From an uncultured Candidatus Saccharibacteria bacterium (lineage in GTDB: Bacteria > Patescibacteriota > Minisyncoccia > Phycocordibacterales > UBA9973), in the NCBI GenBank assembly GCA_964432275.1, contig CAYSMH010000002.1:9418-73417 (forward strand): a stretch of DNA of 64,000 nucleotides. Direction: 5' to 3'. A program made the position numbers and the translations under genes. The notes beneath the pieces were generated by a model. That model worked only from the letters and a program-made list of their open reading frames with translations, was not told where the DNA came from and did not search any database. Position 1 is the stretch's first letter. The number at the start of each line of letters is the position of its first letter. Shown here one piece after another: positions 49,813 through 58,588 of the stretch.

Positions 49813-50283
49813 CTAGAGTGTGATTTGCACTTCAAGCGAGTCATCAAACTGTGGCTCACCGCTTGCGTTATTTTTTTTCAATATAAGAAAGCCGCGACGA
49901 TACGGTGTCTCAGATGGCAGCGTGTACTCGATACTCGCCGTAAACGGTACGTACTCAGTTGTCATCCACTCCCCTTGTGCAGTGGCATACCCTTCGGCAA
50001 TGATGAGTCCGTCCCAGTTGGTAAGGATAATAGGAAACGATCCCTCAAAGAACCAGTTACCTCGAGCCTTACCCTTGATCACCAACGGTGACGTTACAGT
50101 TGCTTGTGGACGTGGAGTCTCGAGAATGATCAGGTCACCCTTTTGTGCAGGCGGAGCCTCAGGAGCGAGTGTCGGCTGTGGCAGAGGTTGTATTACCACC
50201 GGTGCACTTGCATCACGCAACAGTGCCCAAAATACTGCTGCAAACCCTATAATCAGTACTAGTACTAGATATCGTTTTTTCAT
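49813..50283 (-). CDS. Gmad2 immunoglobulin-like domain protein
   Basis: SPLVIKGKARGNWFFEGSFP, WMTTEYVPF, NASGEP. Confidence 0.82.
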   Translation of the reverse strand: MKKRYLVLVLIIGFAAVFWALLRDASAPVVIQPLPQPTLAPEAPPAQKGDLIILETPRPQATVTSPLVIKGKARGNWFFEGSFPIILTNWDGLIIAEGYATAQGEWMTTEYVPFTASIEYTLPSETPYRRGFLILKKNNASGEPQFDDSLEVQITL

Positions 50284-50347
50284 ACCCTTGAATTATACAC
50301 CTCTGTCGGATATAGTATGCAAGCACTTATATATGTCGCCACACACT

Positions 50348-50422
50348 GGCCCTATCGTCTATCGGTTAGGACGGAAGCTTCTCAAGCTTCAAAGCGGGGT
50401 TCGATTCCCCGTAGGGTCACCA
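50348..50422 (+). tRNA. tRNA-Glu(CTC) with encoded CCA
   Basis: GGCCCTA/TAGGGTC acceptor, GAAGC-TTCTCAA-GCTTC anticodon arm, GGTTCGATTCC. Confidence 0.95.
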
Positions 50423-50494
50423 TTTAGAGCTAGCCCGAGAAGGCTCATTAAGAGGTATTCTTGATTTAATTAAAATGCTAGGATTCCATTTGTA

Positions 50495-52885
50495 ATGAAA
50501 TTCCTAATTAACGAAATTAAAGAATGGAAGCATGGTTGGCTTCAATACCTCAAATACAGCTGGAAACTCACTGTATGGCTCTATATAAGCAGGTGGCGAC
50601 GACTTACCACTTTTCTCAATAAGCACTCTGGTCTAATACGGCGTAGCTTGTTTTTAGTAGTTGGTCTAATTGTGGCACTAGTTGTAAATCGTTTCAGTGG
50701 CATAAACTTCACACAAGACATATTGAGTAATTACCTGATTGCTCTTGGTGCAATGATTGGTGGCACAATTGCGATTGTATTCACGATTTCCATCTTTCTC
50801 ATTCAGAGCGCCGCGGAACTTTACTCATCGCAGTACTTTGAAGTATTTATACACGATTGGAGAGAAAAGTTTGTGTATTTTGTTGTAATAATAATCACAC
50901 TCGCTTTCTTTGGAGGCGGTCTATACATTGGAAGCCTGGTGGCCATTTCACTACTGGTTAGCTCTATTACTGTAATTGGATCCCTTATCCTGACAGGTGC
51001 AGTGTTTGCCTTGATAGACTGGCAATATAAAAATGTTCGTCAAAAACTGAACCCTTCCGAAGCAATAGCTTTCTTGGAAAAAGAAGGTGTGCGCTTCTTA
51101 AATAAATTACAATCTGATGCAGAAAAATTGGCTGATATCTTGCGCGCGAGGAATAGCGAGATAACTAAAGATATGGCACTCGCACAAGCATATAATCAGT
51201 TCTTACAGTCATTCATAACCAATCTCGATAGACAGCTTGAAAACCTCGTAGAAATATCTATGAAGCTTGCCGATAAACAGGAAGTTGCTACAACGAAGAG
51301 AGGTTTTACCGCAATTTACAATATCCTCGCGCGTTTCTTCGAGGCTAGAAAAACATCATCCTTAATTATTCCTTCGGGTATCGCATTTTTGGCTGTAGCA
51401 AGCGACAGTCAAACATTCTTGAATAAGAATTTTGAAAGACTAAACAAGGCTGGCGAAAAGTTTATAAAAGAAGGTAAGGATGAAGTAGCAACCTATATAA
51501 TCGACGTATACAAAGCTCTAGCCTTGAAAGCAAAGGATATTAACTTTGTCAGTGGCAGAAATGAGAACCCTGTACTCGAACAATTGGTCGGCAATCTCGA
51601 TTTCTTTATTCAAAACGGCGAAAGAGCAAAAAATGTGGAAGTTGTATTTCAAGGCGCACGTGTTCTTACCGATATCGCTGTAATTGCTGCTGACAAAGGA
51701 CTTGATGCAATGCTGCGAGGTATTCAACAGAAGTTATTGCGAATAGCTATCTTTGCAATTACAGAAAAGCAAGGTGTCATTATAGATAGATGTAATACCT
51801 CATTCCAAACAATAATCGGCGCAGTTTTTGGAAGCTCTCGAATTGCTCGTAGATTTCATTTTGATGACAGCTTGAAGAATATCGCTACCATAGCAACATA
51901 TCTTTCTAATTTTATAAAAAGCGGGCTGTACCCAAATGATATAGGTTCAAAGTTTACATTAAGTAAGGCATACGATGAGTTGTACGTCCTTATTGTGAAT
52001 ATATACAATCACTACCCCGAGATTACAGGAGTCAGAGAAAAAGACAGATACCGAGGTGACTTTGTGGAATTTCTTGAAGAACTATACTCAAGCTTGAGAA
52101 ACCTATCAGAGAAAATAAAAACTGCCGACAATACGCTCACAGACAGTATTGGACGACTACTTTTCAATATAAATAATCTTATTGCTGTCGCCATTGAAAA
52201 CCCAGAATATGCATCAAATAAAGTCGAGCTATTAAGACGATTAAGCTGGAATATCTATCTTCCAACTTGGTTCGCGAGTCACAGCGATAAATTCGATGCT
52301 GGTTCAAACGCATTTAATACGTTTGTGGATGGTATAGCAAAAATAGGTATTATAGCTGCACAAAATCTTGGCGACAAAAAAGTAGTAAGCGCTTGTGTCG
52401 AAAGTATTTTTTCACTTACAAAAACAAGCCTAGAGAAAAATACCGACAGTCACGGCTACGATGAGCCTCGTATTCTGGAAAAAGCGTGCTATCTAGGGAT
52501 TCTAGCTCTTAAAAAAGATTGGGATGATATTTTTGTTGATGTTGCAATGAAGATATATGAATTTGAGCCGCTCTACGCAGCAAAGTACTTCTCAAACATT
52601 CCTGCTGGTATCGATCCAGAAAGACTTTCCCCGAAAAAGAAGCAGTTGACTATCGAGCTTTGGAAGTGGCGACACGATTTCGATAGAGAGCTTATGAACG
52701 GTATGTTGCGGATAAGAGACGATGCCGAAGCAATGATGTATGAAGTAATTGATACTTACGACATAGATAAATTTATTTTTAAGGTTTGGCAAACTTATGA
52801 TGTAAATACGAAATTTGGACAAGAAATGGAGTTAAAATTAGCAAGAGAAGCACTTATCAAGGTTCTGAAAAAACTTAAGAAGTAG
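50495..52885 (+). CDS. Large membrane protein (N-terminal TM domain, DUF2254-like; helical cytoplasmic region)
   Basis: 796-aa ORF, four TM helices incl. IAIVFTISIFLIQSAAELYS. Confidence 0.8.
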   Translation: MKFLINEIKEWKHGWLQYLKYSWKLTVWLYISRWRRLTTFLNKHSGLIRRSLFLVVGLIVALVVNRFSGINFTQDILSNYLIALGAMIGGTIAIVFTISIFLIQSAAELYSSQYFEVFIHDWREKFVYFVVIIITLAFFGGGLYIGSLVAISLLVSSITVIGSLILTGAVFALIDWQYKNVRQKLNPSEAIAFLEKEGVRFLNKLQSDAEKLADILRARNSEITKDMALAQAYNQFLQSFITNLDRQLENLVEISMKLADKQEVATTKRGFTAIYNILARFFEARKTSSLIIPSGIAFLAVASDSQTFLNKNFERLNKAGEKFIKEGKDEVATYIIDVYKALALKAKDINFVSGRNENPVLEQLVGNLDFFIQNGERAKNVEVVFQGARVLTDIAVIAADKGLDAMLRGIQQKLLRIAIFAITEKQGVIIDRCNTSFQTIIGAVFGSSRIARRFHFDDSLKNIATIATYLSNFIKSGLYPNDIGSKFTLSKAYDELYVLIVNIYNHYPEITGVREKDRYRGDFVEFLEELYSSLRNLSEKIKTADNTLTDSIGRLLFNINNLIAVAIENPEYASNKVELLRRLSWNIYLPTWFASHSDKFDAGSNAFNTFVDGIAKIGIIAAQNLGDKKVVSACVESIFSLTKTSLEKNTDSHGYDEPRILEKACYLGILALKKDWDDIFVDVAMKIYEFEPLYAAKYFSNIPAGIDPERLSPKKKQLTIELWKWRHDFDRELMNGMLRIRDDAEAMMYEVIDTYDIDKFIFKVWQTYDVNTKFGQEMELKLAREALIKVLKKLKK

Positions 52886-52899
52886 AAAGCTTCAACTTC

Positions 52900-53349
52900 T
52901 TATTCCTCAACCCCACCATCTGAGGAGTAAATCTTCTCGTATAGAATTGTGAGAAAGCGTTTGGTGTGTTCAGGTATAGAAATAGATTGAAGTGTCTCCT
53001 TGAATACCTCTGGAAGCATTGTCATACCTAGCAAATCCATTTTCGCATTTGTACTATCAGGACCATTCTGATTTGCAGTCAAGAAGTGGTTAATTGCGAT
53101 TAAAAATTCATGAGAAGTAATGATGTCTTTGGAACGATACTGATCAAGCACGGCGGCAAGTTCACTCTCCATGTCTTGAGTTGTTTGATACACCATCTCA
53201 AGGTCATTAATTTCTTTGGTATCGAGCTGCCCCTGTTCAAGTAGCTTTTTAGCGCAGTCATTTAGCACAAAGCGAAATTCAGCCTTGATGCTTGGAATAA
53301 CCTCTATCTTTGCTTGATCTATCTGATATTGTTCAAATTTTGGATTCAT
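52900..53349 (-). CDS. Hypothetical protein
   Basis: 149-aa ORF 5 nt downstream of the large minus-strand gene. Confidence 0.7.
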   Translation of the reverse strand: MNPKFEQYQIDQAKIEVIPSIKAEFRFVLNDCAKKLLEQGQLDTKEINDLEMVYQTTQDMESELAAVLDQYRSKDIITSHEFLIAINHFLTANQNGPDSTNAKMDLLGMTMLPEVFKETLQSISIPEHTKRFLTILYEKIYSSDGGVEE

Positions 53350-53354
53350 AGGAT

Positions 53355-56327
53355 TTATGCAGCTATTGATTCAACTTCTCTAGTAACTCGTTGCACTCCT
53401 TTATGCTGAAGCAATTTGTCCATATGATGATTGAAGCGATTGAGCAATATCTGCGATTTATGAATAATCATTTCTTCTGACGCTCCTTGCGTATAGTAAT
53501 ACCCCTCTCGCAAGGCACCTGTATCAAAGATTGATTGCTGTGGACTGCCGTCCATAATATCTCCATAATTTTCTTGCTTCATAGTATCGAGGACAGCTTT
53601 TGCATTAACGGGACTATTACTATCTTCCTGTGGCGGCTTCAAGAAGAAGTTATTGATATGAGTGAGCGCGTTCACAAAAGACTCGGTCTGTCTTCCGAAC
53701 ATATCACCACCGACTATCTGTATAGTAGCTGTAATATCCTTAACTTCTTTTCCTTCGGTGAGCTTTCTATTGCGTACAATATCAATATGCTCAGCTGTAT
53801 CAATATAGGAACCGTCCTTGGTAAGAACGTATCCATTGAGTTCGCTATCCACAAAAGAGGTGTTGTGCTGTTTAATAGCCTCCACAGTATCTGTCACTAA
53901 AGAAACCCATTCATAGAGAATGTCTCGCTCCTGGTCACTTTCAAATGGCTGTTGCAGCCAGCCATTATCAACCAGCATTTTCTCAAATTGGTCTGCAGTA
54001 GTAGGTATAGTGCCAAGGTCTGCAGTTTCTGATATGTATTTGTTGGCAATCTGCATGGCAATACCCGCATGATGTGACGTGAGAATTGCCTTTTCAAACT
54101 GCTCTACACTATCGGTTGCCATACCCTTGATTTCACAGCGACGACCTTTTTGTTCGCTATCCTCAAAATGATCAAAGTTCTTACTATGGATATCTTTTGT
54201 GTTGTTCACATCCTTACCAGCAGTTATTCCTGTAAGCTGTGCCATAGTCATAACGTTGTTCAAGAAATACATTTGACCATCTACTTCTAGCCCTCCATCC
54301 CCAACGAGTGATAGGTGGTACCCTCGAGCAGCCTTATCATACCGATCAAAATTAAAATCAAGGAAACCTGCATCTTGTAAAAGCTTAACCTCCGCCATGA
54401 GCATGTAGGGATTATAGTTAGGTCGTAGAGCAATTTCGTGAATACCATCATTACCTCTTCCAATATTTGCGCTCTTGCTCACTAGTTGGATATCTTTTTT
54501 GTATCCCAACATGCTCGTATTGCCATATTCCTCGCCAACAGACCCTGTGACTTCATATTCTATACCCATCGAAACTCTGGCATCTTTCGGGATTGCGTCG
54601 TGGTTATATTTGTTGAGCACGGTTTCTATTGATTCCATTTTCCCGACGAATTGATCAGGATTCTCTGTGCCGTACGCAGACAGTGCAATAGCGATCAGGT
54701 TCTGCCCCTTTTTGCCGTGTTGACTCTCAAACCGCTCCAAGATTTCCAAAATGCTTTTTGGCAGTCGCTCTCTATTTTCAGACGCCCAAAAAGATTCTTG
54801 AATGTGTTTATTGTTTAGTATCTTTTCCTCATTATTAATTCCGTTTTTTTCTTTATCCTGTATCTTTTCAAAGGCAATGTCATATACGGTAGACTGCTCT
54901 GAATAGCCATCTCTAAGGAATGGGAAGTTCTCGATAGTTCGTGCAGCTTCCTCAAAGTTTAACTCTTGCGCACGTATGTCTAATACATTCTTTATTTTCT
55001 CTTTGACTTCTTCAGACTCAAGAATCTCCTGCGGGATGCCATAGTGATCAATAAAATCAACTAATGTTTCTGGTCGTATAGATGCAATGCTTGGCAGAGA
55101 ATTGTATATGGTTTTTGTTATAACTTCTTTTTGTAAATCGAATTTCCTAATGATGTCATCAATGTCGCTACGGACAGAACTATCAGACCCATATTGTGTG
55201 ATTCTTGCCTCTATACATTTCAAGGCAGATCCCTGCATCTCCGGAGATGCAAGTGCTTCTCGAGAAAAATCAAAATATTCCAAAATCCTCTTTGTTTGGA
55301 AATAATGCTCTCCTCTTGGTAGAAATTTTAGCAACCCTTCCAATACTTTACTCTTGGTCTCTTCTGAGTTTTTCTCTTTTTCAAGGTTCTCAAATTTTGT
55401 AGCGATATTGAAGAAATCATAAAATCTACCTGTTGTTAGATAATCATTCAGAACATGCTTCAAAATTTCAGTTTTTACTTCACTGCTGAGATTCTTTGAT
55501 TTTTTTACGTATTCTATGGTTGCTTCAACTCGGCCATCTTGTATATCATTCTTGAGTACAGTAAAATCTTCTGCATCGATGCCTTGGAACTTATCCACAA
55601 ATTCCATTACATACCTTCCATATCCGAGCGCAGCAAGTTGATGAAATGCATCTTTGCTGTATTTGCCATCTGGCGCATTTTCAAGCGCACCATCAACTTG
55701 ATAGGTGTTTCTTTCTTTTGATTCCGCAAGTGCAATAAGAAATGACTCCGGTGCTGTGGTACAGGTACCATAACTTCCGAAGTAATTACCATGATCGGAA
55801 TCAGTGAGATTATTTTTGAATTTCGTCTTCAGCAGCGCCTCAATGTCTGATTCTGAGAATCTGTGTTTCTCCCCGTATCCCACTACATAGTCCCGAATAT
55901 CGCGTATGTTCCAGTTCTCATTTTCATAACTTTTGCTATATTTTTTTACATCGGAATAGTCCTCCTCATAGAGTAGCGCAATTTTTGCTTTCTTTACTAG
56001 CTCAGGATCAACTGGGATCTTTCTCGTGTAGTCACGACTATCTTCCAGTACTTTTCTAATTCTAAAATTCAACAAGTCTTTTGCCGCTACAATAGTTTCT
56101 TCCGGACCTTCGGTAAGTTGGTTATCTGCGGTCTGGATCGTCTTTACGTCCTCATACAAGCGATCCATAGTCTCCTGCTCATACTGCTCGAGCGATACTC
56201 CATCTGGTTTCATAATCTCCAAAAGTGGAACTATTTCTTTGTGATATATGGCTTCCGCCCTATCTGCAGCCGTTTCTTGGCTTTCCAGAGGGGTAATTTC
56301 TTCGAGCTGAGGGAGTGATTCTTTCAT
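53355..56327 (-). CDS. Large protein, helical N-terminus with putative C-terminal COOH-NH2 ligase (amidoligase-like) domain
   Basis: ~990 aa; ordered motifs MGIEYEV, HEIALRP, GYHLSL, RCEIK. Confidence 0.75.
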   Translation of the reverse strand: MKESLPQLEEITPLESQETAADRAEAIYHKEIVPLLEIMKPDGVSLEQYEQETMDRLYEDVKTIQTADNQLTEGPEETIVAAKDLLNFRIRKVLEDSRDYTRKIPVDPELVKKAKIALLYEEDYSDVKKYSKSYENENWNIRDIRDYVVGYGEKHRFSESDIEALLKTKFKNNLTDSDHGNYFGSYGTCTTAPESFLIALAESKERNTYQVDGALENAPDGKYSKDAFHQLAALGYGRYVMEFVDKFQGIDAEDFTVLKNDIQDGRVEATIEYVKKSKNLSSEVKTEILKHVLNDYLTTGRFYDFFNIATKFENLEKEKNSEETKSKVLEGLLKFLPRGEHYFQTKRILEYFDFSREALASPEMQGSALKCIEARITQYGSDSSVRSDIDDIIRKFDLQKEVITKTIYNSLPSIASIRPETLVDFIDHYGIPQEILESEEVKEKIKNVLDIRAQELNFEEAARTIENFPFLRDGYSEQSTVYDIAFEKIQDKEKNGINNEEKILNNKHIQESFWASENRERLPKSILEILERFESQHGKKGQNLIAIALSAYGTENPDQFVGKMESIETVLNKYNHDAIPKDARVSMGIEYEVTGSVGEEYGNTSMLGYKKDIQLVSKSANIGRGNDGIHEIALRPNYNPYMLMAEVKLLQDAGFLDFNFDRYDKAARGYHLSLVGDGGLEVDGQMYFLNNVMTMAQLTGITAGKDVNNTKDIHSKNFDHFEDSEQKGRRCEIKGMATDSVEQFEKAILTSHHAGIAMQIANKYISETADLGTIPTTADQFEKMLVDNGWLQQPFESDQERDILYEWVSLVTDTVEAIKQHNTSFVDSELNGYVLTKDGSYIDTAEHIDIVRNRKLTEGKEVKDITATIQIVGGDMFGRQTESFVNALTHINNFFLKPPQEDSNSPVNAKAVLDTMKQENYGDIMDGSPQQSIFDTGALREGYYYTQGASEEMIIHKSQILLNRFNHHMDKLLQHKGVQRVTREVESIAA

Positions 56328-56384
56328 ATTTTCTCTGGTGACCTCAGTATAACAACAGAGTATAAAAACACCATAAGGCATTAA

Positions 56385-56440
56385 AAGTCTCTATCTGTTA
56401 TAGGCTCACCTTTTAGAGAGCGCTCGAGTAGTGTCAAAGT
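56385..56440 (+). repeat. Degenerate copy of tRNA-Glu 3' end plus downstream motif
   Basis: TAGGCTCACCTTTTAGAGAGCGCTCGAGTAGTGTCA aligns without gaps to 50412-50447 TAGGGTCACCATTTAGAGCTAGCCCGAGAAGGCTCA. Confidence 0.6.
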
Positions 56441-56475
56441 TCTCTTATTTTATCTGTCTAAGATATAATATGTTT

Positions 56476-56904
56476 ATGGAAATAATTGAAATGACATCAG
56501 AGCAAGAATCTGAATTAAAGATTTTCAAAGGACTTGTATGGCCTGAAGCCGACAAGGACCATTATGGCGAAAATCAACCAAATTTTTCTCGAGATGAATT
56601 TACATTGATTGCAAAAGAAGACAGTGAAATTGTCGGATACATCTCAGTTGTTATTGACACTGGTGTTGCACAAATTGAACCACTTATGGTTAAAACTGAT
56701 TTGAAAGGAAAAGGGATAGGAACAAAACTACTTCAAAGTGCTGAAGAAAAAGCAAAGGAGTTGGGGGTTCATAAGGTGTGGCTTGAAACCGGTTCTGACT
56801 GGCAAGCGAAAGGCTTTTATGAAAAACATGGCTATCAAGTTCGTAGTGTACTACCAAACCATTCAGGAGGAAAAGAATTTGTGTTAATGGATAAAATGAT
56901 CTAA
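56476..56904 (+). CDS. GNAT-family N-acetyltransferase
   Basis: KGKGIGTKLL, AKGFYEKHGY; TATAAT 6 nt before ATG. Confidence 0.9.
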   Translation: MEIIEMTSEQESELKIFKGLVWPEADKDHYGENQPNFSRDEFTLIAKEDSEIVGYISVVIDTGVAQIEPLMVKTDLKGKGIGTKLLQSAEEKAKELGVHKVWLETGSDWQAKGFYEKHGYQVRSVLPNHSGGKEFVLMDKMI

Positions 56905-56906
56905 CA

Positions 56907-56997
56907 CCCGAGAAGGGTCAATTTAAAATCCAAGATAATAGTGAAATAACCTTACAGGGTAATGGATCAAAAGGTTCTATCTCGAAAAGGTTCACAG
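56907..56997 (+). repeat. 74-nt-period unit U1
   Basis: CGAGAAGGGTC at 56909 and CGAAAAGGTTC at 56983, second preceded by GGTTCTATCT. Confidence 0.7.
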
Positions 56998-57056
56998 AAT
57001 CTGAGAAAGAAAAAAGCCGAACGGTTAGGTTCGACAAAAAATAATTAATTCCATAT

Positions 57057-57638
57057 CTACTCTGGTGAAAGCTGCAATCCTGCCTCTACTAACGCTTGGC
57101 TTATCTCGCTTGCAAACCGTTGCGCAAAGTTTCTGAATTTTATCAGGTCACTTTCTTTGTACTGAACTAAATCTCTCAGTTGAAATATTTTTGCCGAATT
57201 TAAGCAATTCTTTGCACGTACTGATATATTCAGATCATCGATCGTTAGCTTAGCAAGGATGTCTTCCTGTTCCTGAGTAAATCCATCTTCTGATAGTACC
57301 GAAGTCCAGAAACCACTTGGACGATTAAATGAGTACACAAAGCAACTTACCCTTTCAGCTGTAGGAATTTTGTGTTGAATAACAGTACCCAGAGCTTTGG
57401 CAAGCTTTTGTTTGACTGTAGAAGTACACATCGGTTTTTCGAACACCGTCGCTTCAACGACAATATCTGTTCCGAGACCGTATTGCATCAAATCAGATGG
57501 GTACAAGAGCGTCATATCTTTTTCGCTTTTGTAACCGAGTTCTTCAATACTGACAACTGCCGCAACAAGTGCGTTATGGAGGTCGTGCAGTTCCTTTTCT
57601 TCCATTTTCGGAAGACACCATGTTTTGATTACAGGCAT
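57057..57638 (-). CDS. Tautomerase-like domain fused to an RNA polymerase alpha-CTD-like domain
   Basis: N-terminal MP start with beta-alpha-beta pattern; IDDLNISVRAKNCLNSAKI..L.DLVQY.ESDLIKFRNF. Confidence 0.8.
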   Translation of the reverse strand: MPVIKTWCLPKMEEKELHDLHNALVAAVVSIEELGYKSEKDMTLLYPSDLMQYGLGTDIVVEATVFEKPMCTSTVKQKLAKALGTVIQHKIPTAERVSCFVYSFNRPSGFWTSVLSEDGFTQEQEDILAKLTIDDLNISVRAKNCLNSAKIFQLRDLVQYKESDLIKFRNFAQRFASEISQALVEAGLQLSPE

Positions 57639-57689
57639 ATAGAATAGTTTTGAGTTTAAAATGAATTTGCTCCCACTCTACCGTATTTA

Positions 57690-57702
57690 TTGACAAAGTC
57701 AA
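57690..57702. promoter_or_regulatory. Face-to-face -35 boxes shared by two divergent genes
   Basis: TTGAC-AAA-GTCAA; -10-like TAATGT (+) and TAGAGT (-) at 17 and 16 nt. Confidence 0.55.
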
Positions 57703-57741
57703 GGTTGGGTTGTAATGTAATAAAAACTAAAACTTTTACAT

Positions 57742-58332
57742 ATGGTTAACGCAAGCAAAGTAAAGCAGCAACGCTTCTGGAATATGTGGCGCACATCTGG
57801 CGCCATAGGCACCATTACCACCTACCCCTCTGCGGTAGTTCGGGAAATTGACGGCCAATTAGTATTAGATGATCCAATGGCAGCCGCAATGATCCGGGCG
57901 ATAGAAAAGGATAACTGTAAAAATACATTCATCGTTCAAAAAGATCGGGTTGAACATTTCAAAAATAGAATGGCTCAAAAACAACTATCTCCGCAGGATG
58001 CAGTGATTGTACTGATTAATGCTGATGATGTTCACGGCACCGACCTTGCGGAGCACTTAATGCCTGGGACTGATTGGCAAGCCATGCGTGATAACGGCGA
58101 AATACCGTTCGCACACGGACTTACTACAAAGGAAGGTATGGTGGGCATCCTAAAACTCTTTGACAAAGAAGCATCAAAGAAATTAGAAAGAATGACGACC
58201 ACAGCTGTTGTGGTTGTCGATCACGGAGTTGCGGAGGTTTTTGATGCAGATAACCCGAATGGCGAAACAGTTATTCCATCTAGGCTGCCTGGGAGAATGA
58301 GACAGTTTATGAACGGCGACGGCGATTGGTAA
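57742..58332 (+). CDS. Hypothetical protein
   Basis: 196-aa ORF with promoter and terminator (58352-58380). Confidence 0.78.
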   Translation: MVNASKVKQQRFWNMWRTSGAIGTITTYPSAVVREIDGQLVLDDPMAAAMIRAIEKDNCKNTFIVQKDRVEHFKNRMAQKQLSPQDAVIVLINADDVHGTDLAEHLMPGTDWQAMRDNGEIPFAHGLTTKEGMVGILKLFDKEASKKLERMTTTAVVVVDHGVAEVFDADNPNGETVIPSRLPGRMRQFMNGDGDW

Positions 58333-58457
58333 AAAGCCAAACAAAAATTTTGAGCCTGATTTTTTAGTCAGGCTCTTTTTATTGAAATATGGATTGTGAC
58401 AGATAGGTCTAACTTTATAAGGCAATTCCGTGTCACTTTTGTCACTTTTTATAGACG

Positions 58458-58554
58458 CACGAGAAGGGTCGGTACGGAATATGGAAAATGGTAGAACGGG
58501 CATTGTGGGGCAAGGCGGAGCGGGGTTCTATCTCGAGAAGGGTCACCATTTTAG
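58458..58554 (+). repeat. 74-nt-period unit U2 (pseudo-tRNA-like; right island boundary)
   Basis: CGAGAAGGGTC at 58460 and 58534; ends GGGTCACCA. Confidence 0.75.
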
Positions 58555-58588
58555 AAAAAAAATCCTCACGAGGAGGATTTAAAAAATT

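Larger units (their letters stand above)
50423..58554. mobile_element. tRNA-Glu-anchored genomic island without a visible integrase
   Basis: Ends in AGCGGGGTTCTATCTCGAGAAGGGTCACCATTTTAG, a diverged copy of the tRNA 3' end; internal copies; non-core cargo. Confidence 0.65.

Noticed and set aside
58474-58548. Functional second tRNA
   Set aside because: Acceptor, anticodon and T stems do not pair; only loop motifs and the CCA end remain
56385-58554. CRISPR array interpretation of the CGAGAAGGGTC repeats
   Set aside because: Repeats are short, degenerate and separated by genes; the two 'spacers' are homologous to each other; no cas genes
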